The notes beneath the pieces were generated by a model. The model saw only the letters and a program-made list of their open reading frames with translations. It was not told where the DNA came from and made no database searches. Made by a program: the position numbers and the translations under genes. Shown here piece by piece: positions 8,030 to 16,295 of a stretch of DNA of 41,115 bases. Positions within the stretch are counted from its first letter, which is position 1; each line of letters opens with the position of its first letter. This DNA is from an uncultured Enterobacterales bacterium (GTDB lineage: Bacteria; Myxococcota_A; UBA796), in assembly GCA_964554315.1 (NCBI GenBank), contig CAZKOI010000003.1, positions 1-41,115 of the forward strand, in the 5' to 3' direction.

Positions 8030-9424
8030 GTGGCACGATACGCGACAATGGTGGCCCTCTGGGCCCTTGCTGCTTGGCACAGACTGCGCTTGGTCGAGCA
8101 CGCGATCGTGGGGTCAGACTCTCTAGGCCCCTACCTCCAAGCCAAGGCGGCCTTGCTCGGTCACGTGCCTCGTCCACCGAACCCCGAGAGCGGCGACGCA
8201 CTGTGGTTGCTTGCGGTGCCGCTGGTGTCCTTAGCCGACTCATTGGAGGCACTGTTCGAGGCGCGATTTGTGCTGGGCGGCGTCGTAGCGCCCCTGGCCT
8301 TTGCCGCTGCTTGGCATTGGGCCGACGATGACGTCTCTGCGGCGCGGCGATGGGCGGGGGCGCTGGCGGCCGGGGTCCTGATGGCCTTCGATCCAGGCTT
8401 GGTTGACACCTTAGTGAGCGGGGCGCGGAGCTACGGTGCGCCCGAGCTTGTGGGCCTAATGACCCTCGGTGTCGCGCTCGCCATCCGCGGCTACACCCAC
8501 GGCTTAGCCCTCGCCATGTTGGGGCTGGTCTGGGCCGCGGGACACCACCCGCTCTCGATCGGAGCCGCCGCGGGTCTCTGGCTCATGTGGCCACAACGCG
8601 AAACATGGCGCGTCCGGCGGGCAGCGCTCCTCTTCGGTGCACTCCTCGCGGTACCGAGACTGCTCAGGCTCGCCAAACTTGCCCTCTGCGGGGAAGGTCT
8701 CGTGCCCTGCATTGTGCGCGTCGCACAGAGCAACAACAGCACGGCGGAGCCGATGCTTTCCCAGCTGAAGACCGCAATGCACGACCGCTTCTTGGTCGAC
8801 TGGGGCTCGGGTCTATGGGTGGTTCTTGCGGGGGTCCTGGCCACAGCACTGTGCCGGCACCGAACTCACCGACGCGCAGCAGGCTTCGCCGTGCTCTGTC
8901 TGATCGGCCTCGTCAGTGTCGGAATGCTGAACGGCTACCTGCGGTCGTACCACCTTCGGATCATCGCTGTTCCGCTCGCGGTCGCAGCAGGGCTCGGCCT
9001 GGCCAGGGCCTGGCCCCTGGCGCCTCTCGGCGCGCTCGCGGCCGTGATGAATTGGCAGCCACACCTGATCGTCGGGCCGGATCCCGGCGCCGTCGCCCGT
9101 CATGATCGCATCGCGGCCGAGCTTCCCTCAGGTCCTAAGTGGGTAGACCGCGTCTGGTGGTCGGGTTCACCGACCGTGGATGCATCAGCCGTCGTCCTGA
9201 GCGGCATGCTGCAAGGCGCCGAGGGCTTCGCCCTCGGGCCTGATGTTCCCGTCACGCTTCTCTCAGTGGAAGACAATTCCTGGGAGGTCATGCGTTTCAG
9301 GACATCAACCGAGGCTCGCTCATGGTTAGATGGACAAGGTCGGACGCCCCATCAGCGGGGTGGAGCGTATGACTGGGCAACAATTGTCGATCCCTCTACC
9401 CGCCTCGAGGATGCCCGCTGGTGA
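8030..9424 (+). CDS. polytopic integral membrane protein of unknown function (possibly GT-C-like) with a soluble C-terminal domain
   Basis: 464-aa ORF with about 10 hydrophobic segments and a roughly 110-aa hydrophilic C-terminus. It begins 9 nt after the hscA stop, and its stop overlaps the next GTG (GTGA at 9421-9424). The start is uncertain (GTG 8030 or ATG 8048). No family motif was recognised with confidence. Confidence 0.55.
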   Translation: MARYATMVALWALAAWHRLRLVEHAIVGSDSLGPYLQAKAALLGHVPRPPNPESGDALWLLAVPLVSLADSLEALFEARFVLGGVVAPLAFAAAWHWADDDVSAARRWAGALAAGVLMAFDPGLVDTLVSGARSYGAPELVGLMTLGVALAIRGYTHGLALAMLGLVWAAGHHPLSIGAAAGLWLMWPQRETWRVRRAALLFGALLAVPRLLRLAKLALCGEGLVPCIVRVAQSNNSTAEPMLSQLKTAMHDRFLVDWGSGLWVVLAGVLATALCRHRTHRRAAGFAVLCLIGLVSVGMLNGYLRSYHLRIIAVPLAVAAGLGLARAWPLAPLGALAAVMNWQPHLIVGPDPGAVARHDRIAAELPSGPKWVDRVWWSGSPTVDASAVVLSGMLQGAEGFALGPDVPVTLLSVEDNSWEVMRFRTSTEARSWLDGQGRTPHQRGGAYDWATIVDPSTRLEDARW

Positions 9425-10239
9425 CACTGAGCGTGCGCGAACGTGAATTCAAGATCGGCCCCTACCGGGTGATCCGCCACATCGCGCAGGGAGGCATGGG
9501 CGCCGTCTATGAAGTCGAAGACCCCACCAAAGACGGGCACTTCGCCCTCAAGCTCGGCGCAAATGATCACGGCAGAGACCCTCGATTCCTCCAGATCCAT
9601 CGCTCGCTTAGCCGCGTTCCACACCCTGGGATCGTGAACAGTCATGCCGTCGGTACCACACCGGATGGCCGCTCATTCCAGCTGCTCGACCTGATTCACG
9701 GGGAGCCGGCCCAGGTCTTCGCGCGAAGCATGGGCAGCCCGGGATCTCGGGTACGGTCAACGGCAGTCATCACCGTGGCCATCCACTTGGCCGAGGCCCT
9801 CGCGCACCTCCACAGTCACTCCATCATCCACCGCGACATCAAGTCTTCCAACGTCATGGTCCGACAGGACCACAGCGCCTGCTTAATCGACTTCGGTGCA
9901 GCCATCTTACCCGGTCTGCCCATGCGCCCGGGGCGCTTTGTCGGGACCTACAGCTATGCCGCACCGGAGCATATCCGTGGCGAGCCGCTCGATGGGCGTG
10001 CCGATGTCTACTCGATGGGGGTGCTCCTCCACCGAATGCTGAGCGGAAGACCACCGTTCGCGGCCGACACCACCAAGGACCTCATCCACCAACACCTTCA
10101 CGCGCCGCCGCCTCGCCTCGATGCCTCTCTCCTCGATCTTCCCTCCACCGTCGTCGAGCTGACGCTCGCCATGCTCGAGAAAGATCCCGCCCACAGGCCC
10201 AACGCTCAAGGCGTCGCCCAGACGTTGATGCAGGCCTGA
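9421..10239 (+). CDS. Hanks-type Ser/Thr protein kinase, kinase domain only (272 aa)
   Basis: IAQGGMGAVYEV (Gly loop), FALKL (Lys), HRDIKSSNVMV (catalytic loop), DFGAA and SYAAPE. There is no extra regulatory or transmembrane domain. Confidence 0.85.
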   Translation: MTLSVREREFKIGPYRVIRHIAQGGMGAVYEVEDPTKDGHFALKLGANDHGRDPRFLQIHRSLSRVPHPGIVNSHAVGTTPDGRSFQLLDLIHGEPAQVFARSMGSPGSRVRSTAVITVAIHLAEALAHLHSHSIIHRDIKSSNVMVRQDHSACLIDFGAAILPGLPMRPGRFVGTYSYAAPEHIRGEPLDGRADVYSMGVLLHRMLSGRPPFAADTTKDLIHQHLHAPPPRLDASLLDLPSTVVELTLAMLEKDPAHRPNAQGVAQTLMQA

Positions 10240-10241
10240 GG

Positions 10242-12173
10242 CTAGTCCGGAGCCCAGAGCTCGCCGGCCCCAGACTCCAGGCGCCGCAGAGTCGGCCCTG
10301 ACGTCGCGCCGCTAATCAGCTCCGTACCCCCCTCTGTGGCGACCTCAACAGCCTCCGAGCTGAGGTTGAGGTAGGCCGTTACACCGCCCTCAAACCGCCA
10401 CACCACGGGAACGCTGTCGTCTGGCATCGCGTCCTCAAAGGGCGGGCCTGGGTCGACGCCAGACACATGCTGCAGCGGATCCTGGGGTCGAACCGATTGG
10501 CCTCGAAGGCTCATGAGCTCATCGCTCGTCGCGAGCGCCAAGCGAGAGCCCGGCAAGGCCGGTAGATCGTCGCCGAGCATCCAGGTACCCCCGGACACTG
10601 CATTCGCCACGAGGGCTCCCGTCACCTCTTCATCCGAGAAAGGCGGGCGAACCAACAATTGATCGGGATCAATCCACCACCATCGACCATTGGTCCATCC
10701 CCGTGCCGCCGTCGACCGCGCAGCCCAGCGCAGGTAGGCCAGCTTGGGGATGCGATCAAAGCCAAAGGCGATGTCGGCCCCGGTCCGAAATGACTCTGCA
10801 TAGCCGTGAGAGGGCAAGAAGGGCGCACCGCAGGCCAAGATCCATGCGTCGCCTGCAGCCTCTCGAATCACCTGCATGCCCACATGAAAGGCCTCAATGC
10901 CAGTGACGTCATCATGCCTCTCGCCGACCTGGGCGCCCGCATAGAGGAAGTCGAGCTTGAGATAGGTCCATCCATCGGCGACCTTGGACGCGATCTCATT
11001 GGCAAGCCAGGTTGCGGCCTCAGGGTGCGTAGGATCGAGCACCGCGTAGTCTCCGGTGCCCAGGTTACTGAAGCTAATCTCGCCTCCACCGTCAATGCGC
11101 TTGACCCACCAGTCCGGGTGATCGCGATAGGTGTCGGTGCTTCGTGAGACGTAGAAGGGCGCCATCCACAGGCCAGGCGTGAAGCCCGCAGCCGCAATTT
11201 CGCTCGCGAGGGCCGGCATCCCCGATGGAAAGTCATCGCCCGCCTGCCAGTCGCCCCAGAGCCGCTGCCAGCCATCGTCAATCTGAAAGACCTCAAGCCT
11301 GGTGCCCCGCTCATCGCTGAGCTCGGTCTCGGCGAAGGCAAGGTTGGCTCTCACATCGACCTCCGAGATGTCCTCAAAGAAGTGATACCAGGTCGCCCAC
11401 CCTGTGGGCGGGCGGTCGCCGAGCACCCGCGCAGGTATGCGCTCAGCCACCGCCTCAGCATAGTCCTCGTGGAGCCCCTGGGGGTCCGCGCCGGAGCCCA
11501 ACCAGATGGGATCGAGGGCCACCGTCTCCCCCGCATCAAGCTCTATGCTGTCGCCGCGATGGCCCCACACGGCCCATACTCGCTCGTCGTCAAACGCGAG
11601 ATAGAACCGCGTCTTCTGCGCACCCAGCGCACCGATCAAGAGGCTCTCGCCGTCCGCCCGTCCAATCGCACCCACCCACCACGATGTTCCCGGCGCCTCA
11701 TCCTTGACGGCGACCGCGTCCCCGTCGCCCCCAATGAGGGGGACGTCGCGCTCATCGACCGCGATGCTATCAATCGGAGCGACTCCGGAGTGAGACCAGG
11801 ACTGGTAGCCTTGGCGCCAGACCACGGGCTCGCTCACCCCGGCTATCCGATAGGTGCCAGAGAGCATCAAGCCGTCGAGACGCCCCGCCTCCGTCGCGGT
11901 GATCAGCGGCTGCCAGCCTCCATCCACATCAATCAACTCGACCGTGAGCCCGCCGGTTCCATGGACCGACGCCACCAGCTGTGCCTCTGCGCAGTCCCTG
12001 CGACGGTACGTCAGCGTACCCTCCGCCCACATCGCCGCTCCTTCGATGCCGCTGCAGCGGGAGTCCGATCCCGTGTCGCTCGCCGATTTTTGCGGCTGAC
12101 ACGCGGAGGCCATGACCAAGACGCTCATCGAGAGGACTCGCAGCCGTCGCTCAAGGGTGTGACATTCAGGCAT
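10242..12173 (-). CDS. alpha-galactosidase, GH36-like, probable lipoprotein
   Basis: WATWYHFFEDISE, FQIDDGWQRLWGDW, GLWMAPF and YLKLDFLYAG are melibiase/GH36-type motifs. I chose the ATG at 12173 (MPECHTLERRLRVLSMSVLVMASAC) because it gives a signal peptide with a lipobox-like ASAC and removes the overlap with the divergent gene at 12232. The listed ORF extends to 12434. Confidence 0.75.
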   Translation of the reverse strand: MPECHTLERRLRVLSMSVLVMASACQPQKSASDTGSDSRCSGIEGAAMWAEGTLTYRRRDCAEAQLVASVHGTGGLTVELIDVDGGWQPLITATEAGRLDGLMLSGTYRIAGVSEPVVWRQGYQSWSHSGVAPIDSIAVDERDVPLIGGDGDAVAVKDEAPGTSWWVGAIGRADGESLLIGALGAQKTRFYLAFDDERVWAVWGHRGDSIELDAGETVALDPIWLGSGADPQGLHEDYAEAVAERIPARVLGDRPPTGWATWYHFFEDISEVDVRANLAFAETELSDERGTRLEVFQIDDGWQRLWGDWQAGDDFPSGMPALASEIAAAGFTPGLWMAPFYVSRSTDTYRDHPDWWVKRIDGGGEISFSNLGTGDYAVLDPTHPEAATWLANEIASKVADGWTYLKLDFLYAGAQVGERHDDVTGIEAFHVGMQVIREAAGDAWILACGAPFLPSHGYAESFRTGADIAFGFDRIPKLAYLRWAARSTAARGWTNGRWWWIDPDQLLVRPPFSDEEVTGALVANAVSGGTWMLGDDLPALPGSRLALATSDELMSLRGQSVRPQDPLQHVSGVDPGPPFEDAMPDDSVPVVWRFEGGVTAYLNLSSEAVEVATEGGTELISGATSGPTLRRLESGAGELWAPD

Positions 12174-12231
12174 CACGCGTGGCTCACTCTGACAGCTACG
12201 GTACCTTTGAAGTTTCCATGGAGGACGACTC

Positions 12232-12879
12232 ATGCGCGCGATCATTTGGACCCTCTTGTCTCTGCTCGTCATTGCGGTCGCGCCTGCCGCTTCGGCAGCC
12301 TCGGCCGATGAACCGCACGACCACCGGGGCCTCCTAACGCCCATCTCGACGACGCCAACCGCCGTCTCGCTCTCCGCCGAGGAGAAGGCGAAGCTGGAGG
12401 CTGGAAACCATGTGGAGCGCCACATCGAGAGCAAGGACGGTGGGTCGGGGGTCGCCGTTCAGTACATCAAGGCGAGTCCGGAGGCCATATGGCAGACCAT
12501 CCTGTCTTATCACCGCTACAGGGACTGGGTAAAGAACGTGGTCAGCTGCTCCGTCTACAAGCGAGAAGGGGACTACTTCTTTGTCGACATGCAGACCTCG
12601 GTGTTCGGCTTCAAGTCTCGCGTCTTCACCAAGAACATCGTCCACAAGACCGAGGGCTACATGGCCTGGACCCTGGACTACGATCGAAAGAGCGATGCAG
12701 ACGACCTCGTTGGGTACTGGCGGGTCGAGCCGGTGGCAGAGCTGCCCGGCGTGACCAAGCTGGAACACTCCAACACAATCAAGATCAAGGGCGTACCCGG
12801 ATTCTTGGTGAACTACATGACACGGGATGCACTCAAGGAAGGCACAGCCTGGGTCAAGCGAGAGGCGGAGAAGCGCTGA
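12232..12879 (+). CDS. secreted SRPBCC (START/polyketide-cyclase-like) family protein
   Basis: Signal peptide MRAIIWTLLSLLVIAVAPAASAASA. The body (AIWQTILSYHRYRDWVKNV...WRVEP...) looks like an SRPBCC ligand-binding fold. GGAGGA lies 6 nt upstream of the ATG. Confidence 0.65.
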   Translation: MRAIIWTLLSLLVIAVAPAASAASADEPHDHRGLLTPISTTPTAVSLSAEEKAKLEAGNHVERHIESKDGGSGVAVQYIKASPEAIWQTILSYHRYRDWVKNVVSCSVYKREGDYFFVDMQTSVFGFKSRVFTKNIVHKTEGYMAWTLDYDRKSDADDLVGYWRVEPVAELPGVTKLEHSNTIKIKGVPGFLVNYMTRDALKEGTAWVKREAEKR

Positions 12880-14029
12880 ATTCAGCCCCTCCGACCAGCC
12901 GAAAGATGAAGGACCTGGGCACCTCTGGCACGCGCAGCCTGTACGCTCCCAGGACCGCCTGAATGAAGTCCTGAGCGTGTTCGGCGCTCACCAAATTTAG
13001 GGTGCACCCGCCGAATCCACCCCCAATCATGCGGGCACCGAAGCACCCGCTGTGGGCCTGTGCAAGCTCGACGAGGAGATCAAGCTGCGCACAGCTGACC
13101 TCATAGTCATCCCGAAGGCTCACGTGAGCCTCCGAGAGGATCGCTCCGAGGCCAGGCGCATCCCCCGAGCGGACGGCCTGCACCGCTCGAAGCACGCGCG
13201 CATTCTCGGTGACGATGTGACGCAGTCGGCGCGCATGAACCTCGGATGGAGGAAGCTGGCCAAGGCCCACGTCCCGGAGGGTCCGAACCTGAGGTTGAGC
13301 GCTCTGCACCATCGACAGACCCTCTGCACACTCGCGGACTCTGTCTTGGTAGGCGCTGCCTGACAGCTCGCGGCGAACACCGCTGTGCAAGACCACCCAA
13401 GCCACACCCTGGAGGCCAACAGTCACGGGAGAGACCGACGCCTCCGCGAAGTCCACCAACATCACCTGTCCGGGGCGAGCCATCAGCGAGCCGATTTGAT
13501 CGAGCAAGCCGCAGGCCACCCCGAGGTGCACGTGCTCGACCTCTTGGGCCAGCTGGGTCAGCGCCAGATCATCGAGGTCGGCCCCAGTCCAGCCCCGAAG
13601 CAGCGTCATCCATGCAACGGTCAGTGCCGCCGATGACGACAGCCCCGCACCGTGTGGCACATCCCCCGTGAACACGGCGTCAAAGCCCGAGGGCAGCGGA
13701 TGCCGCGCCCCAAAGACCGCGAGACTGCCCGCCACAAAGCGCTGCCATGAGGCTGCCGTTGATGCCAACCCGTCTACATCGCCGATGAGCTCGCCGCCAA
13801 AATCCAGACTGCGGATCCGAACTCTTCGATCCGTTCGAGGTCGAATCGCGACCGCAATCCAGCGATTGATGGCGGCGGGAAGAGCAAGCCCACCGTTGTA
13901 GTCGGTGTGCCCACCGATGAGGTTGATCCGGCCGGGCGCCCACGCCATCAGGGCAGGCGCGCTTCCCATGTGCACGGCAAACTCGCGCGCACACAGCTCG
14001 ACCACCGCGGGTGCATCAACGGGCGGCAA
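12854..14029 (-). CDS. galK: galactokinase (GHMP kinase family)
   Basis: Galactokinase signature APGRINLIGGHTDYNGG, GHMP motif PHGAGLSSSAA and GARMIGGGFGGC. The start is set at TTG 14029, with GGAGG (complement of 14036-14040) 6 nt upstream. ATG 14053 is an alternative. The listed ORF to 14227 overlaps the upstream gene. Confidence 0.85.
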   Translation of the reverse strand: MPPVDAPAVVELCAREFAVHMGSAPALMAWAPGRINLIGGHTDYNGGLALPAAINRWIAVAIRPRTDRRVRIRSLDFGGELIGDVDGLASTAASWQRFVAGSLAVFGARHPLPSGFDAVFTGDVPHGAGLSSSAALTVAWMTLLRGWTGADLDDLALTQLAQEVEHVHLGVACGLLDQIGSLMARPGQVMLVDFAEASVSPVTVGLQGVAWVVLHSGVRRELSGSAYQDRVRECAEGLSMVQSAQPQVRTLRDVGLGQLPPSEVHARRLRHIVTENARVLRAVQAVRSGDAPGLGAILSEAHVSLRDDYEVSCAQLDLLVELAQAHSGCFGARMIGGGFGGCTLNLVSAEHAQDFIQAVLGAYRLRVPEVPRSFIFRLVGGAEFSASPPLA

Positions 14030-14747
14030 GAATCCCCTCCGCCCAGCGCACATCGGCCGGCGTGTTGAGCCCAACCAGCTCACGCCAGTCGTTGATGGAG
14101 ACCGCCTCGACACGGTGGCCTTCTTCGAGCAGGAGACCAATGGTATCGGTGAGGTAGCGCTCACCGGTGACGGGGTGGGGGACGACGCGGTCGAGGACCG
14201 ACCAGAGTGCGCGCGCATCAAAGACAAAGTGAGAGGTCAAGTACTCCGTCAACTGAGCCTGCTCCGGCGAACAGTCGCGCTCCTCGATCACTGCCGCAAC
14301 ACGGCCATCCTCCGCGCGGACGACGCGCGCATAGGGATAGTGCTGGGCAAAGTCTGCCGTGAGGAAAGAGCATGCGGCCTCACGCTCTCGGTGCTCCCGC
14401 TGCAGCGCACGAATCGACGACTCGGATATGAGCGGGCTGTCGCCGACAAAGACGAACACCTCGCTGCACTCACTCACCGACGATCTCGCCATGTCGACCG
14501 CATGGGCCGTCCCTAGACGGACGCCTTGCAGTGGCGTGCGAACCTCCTCACCGAGGTGGGCACGCATCGTCTCCGCTTGATGGCCCACCACAACCGAGAC
14601 CGTGCCGATACCGGCGGCTCGGACTGCGTCAATGAGGTGATCGATGATGGGACGTCCCGCCACCGGCACCAACGGCTTGGGTCGGTCCGAGCCCATTCGC
14701 TTGCCCTGGCCCGCAGCCAGGATGATGACAGCCGATTCAGTGCTCAT
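14016..14747 (-). CDS. sugar-phosphate nucleotidyltransferase (GlmU N-terminal-like, no acetyltransferase domain)
   Basis: MSTESAVIILAAGQGKRMGSDRPKPLVPVAG (the LAAGxGxRM motif) and LGTAHAV, about 243 aa. The ATG at 14747 overlaps the GH1 stop region by 11 nt. The listed ORF to 14906 is an extension inside GH1. Confidence 0.8.
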   Translation of the reverse strand: MSTESAVIILAAGQGKRMGSDRPKPLVPVAGRPIIDHLIDAVRAAGIGTVSVVVGHQAETMRAHLGEEVRTPLQGVRLGTAHAVDMARSSVSECSEVFVFVGDSPLISESSIRALQREHREREAACSFLTADFAQHYPYARVVRAEDGRVAAVIEERDCSPEQAQLTEYLTSHFVFDARALWSVLDRVVPHPVTGERYLTDTIGLLLEEGHRVEAVSINDWRELVGLNTPADVRWAEGILAAR

Positions 14748-16146
14748 GACGGTAGGCCTCGATGATGTCGCGATAGGCCAGGGAGCCCTCTCGCAGTGTT
14801 CGCACTTGGGTCTCTCGATCCACCGCATAGAGGCCGAAGTCCATTTGCCAGCCCTCCGCCCACTCGAAGTTGTCCATGAGCGACCAGTAGTGATACCCGC
14901 GAACATCCACGCCGTCTTCTATGGCCTTGCTCATCGCGTAGACGTACCGCTGGATCCACAGCGCGCGCCGATCGTCCCGGTCGTCGGCGATGCCGTTCTC
15001 GGTGACGATGACCGGGACACCGAGCGGCTGAAGCCGCATGAGCGCTCGATAGAAGCCCTCCGCGTAGATCGCATAGGGCATGTCGGTCAGCACCTGCCCG
15101 GGGCGAGCGTGAGGCTCGAAGGGCGGCTTGGTCTTCATGAAGAGCGACAGAATGAGGTTCGAGTAGTAGTTCAAGCCGATGAAGTCGGTCTTGCCTGCGG
15201 CCTCGGGATTCGACCTCACGAAGTTCACCTGCGTCGGAATACGAACCTTGAATTCCCCCCGACTGATGTACCCCAAGATGCTCTCATTGTAGGCGCCATC
15301 AGCGACCCGGCAGAGGATCCAGTGAAGAAGGTTCCACCGACGGTAGGGATCCAACTGGAAGATGTTCTTGACCAAGCCGACCTGGGCCTGCTCCCCTCCC
15401 GGCATGGCCTTGATGGCATCGTAGACGGCGGTGTGTGCCCGCATGAGGTGGTACAGCACCTGCGCCATGCGCTTGAAGTTCTTCACCCCCGGGGGAAACA
15501 CCCCGAGCCCGTAGCCCATCACGGCATAAGGACCGCACTCGTTGATGGTGCACCAGCGCTGAACCTTTCCGCCAAACTCCTCAAACATTCGCTTCGAGAA
15601 ACGGACAAAGAGCGCGATGTTCTCCTCGGGCTCAAACCCCCCCTTGTCCTCAAACCAGAGCGGGTTGGTGAAGTGATGCAGCGTGATCATGGGCGCTATG
15701 CCCGCCTCAAGGAGCGCGTCAATCATGCCGTGGTAGTGCGCGATGGCCTCGGCATCGAACCGCCCCTCTTCGGGCTCAACACGACTCCACTCTATGCTGA
15801 AGCGGTAGCTGTTGAGGCCCAAGTCCTCCTTCATCCGCCGGATGTCTTCGGGGTAGCGATCCCAGTGCTCGGCCGCCGGGCCAGCCCGATCCCCGTTGTG
15901 GATTCGTGGCTGGCCTGCCTCGTCGACGGCGTCCTCCCAGCGAGACCAGTTGTTGTTGGTGTTGCCGCCGTCGACCTGGTGTGCCGCGGTCGCCGATCCC
16001 CACAGGAAATTCGGCGGAAAAGAGACCTTGGACGTGTCTATCTCTGACCAATTCCAGAGCGGCTCAGGGTGGCGGCGGGACAGGACCATGCAGGCCACAA
16101 CCCAGCCCATGGCCAAGACACCAACGACATACAGCGTGACAATCAT
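14737..16146 (-). CDS. GH1 family beta-glycosidase (beta-glucosidase/beta-galactosidase type) with an N-terminal transmembrane anchor
   Basis: FLWGSATAAHQVDGG, TLHHFTNPLW, the nucleophile motif VTENGIAD and YHYWSLMDNFEWAEGW. The N-terminus MIVTLYVVGVLAMGWVVACMVLSRRH is a hydrophobic helix followed by basic residues. Confidence 0.9.
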   Translation of the reverse strand: MIVTLYVVGVLAMGWVVACMVLSRRHPEPLWNWSEIDTSKVSFPPNFLWGSATAAHQVDGGNTNNNWSRWEDAVDEAGQPRIHNGDRAGPAAEHWDRYPEDIRRMKEDLGLNSYRFSIEWSRVEPEEGRFDAEAIAHYHGMIDALLEAGIAPMITLHHFTNPLWFEDKGGFEPEENIALFVRFSKRMFEEFGGKVQRWCTINECGPYAVMGYGLGVFPPGVKNFKRMAQVLYHLMRAHTAVYDAIKAMPGGEQAQVGLVKNIFQLDPYRRWNLLHWILCRVADGAYNESILGYISRGEFKVRIPTQVNFVRSNPEAAGKTDFIGLNYYSNLILSLFMKTKPPFEPHARPGQVLTDMPYAIYAEGFYRALMRLQPLGVPVIVTENGIADDRDDRRALWIQRYVYAMSKAIEDGVDVRGYHYWSLMDNFEWAEGWQMDFGLYAVDRETQVRTLREGSLAYRDIIEAYRHEH

Positions 16147-16295
16147 GCGACTAACCTACTTGTGAGAAGTTTATTGCTCGGTCCTGTAATACGACCCTCG
16201 CGGCTCTGGACCGAACGTCGCCAAAATGACGCATTACGCAGAAGTTGGTACGCTTCGGCCGGCGGGAGTCACTCCTCCTTCACTATGGTGATCCG

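Noticed and set aside
12174-12434. An upstream extension of the alpha-galactosidase ORF.
   Set aside because: It would overlap the divergent SRPBCC gene and its SD. The internal ATG at 12173 yields a lipoprotein-type signal sequence.
14030-14227. An upstream extension of galK, with analogous extensions of the nucleotidyltransferase (14748-14906), aldo/keto reductase (27530-27643), pckA (31838-31888) and methyltransferase (33254-33445).
   Set aside because: The extensions overlap the preceding or divergent genes and lack family similarity. The internal starts have good SD sequences or canonical N-termini.
14644-16047. A 467-aa plus-strand ORF. Similar long ORFs lie antisense to confidently identified genes at 892-1929(-), 6521-7453(-), 11382-12311(+), 17856-18791(-), 25029-26180(+), 32099-33112(+), 33467-34318(-), 38924-39817(+) and 39399-40178(-).
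   Set aside because: Each lies entirely opposite a gene with clear family motifs. Their translations are Arg/Gly/Pro/Ala-rich low-information sequence, typical of shadow ORFs in GC-rich DNA, and contain no recognisable motifs.
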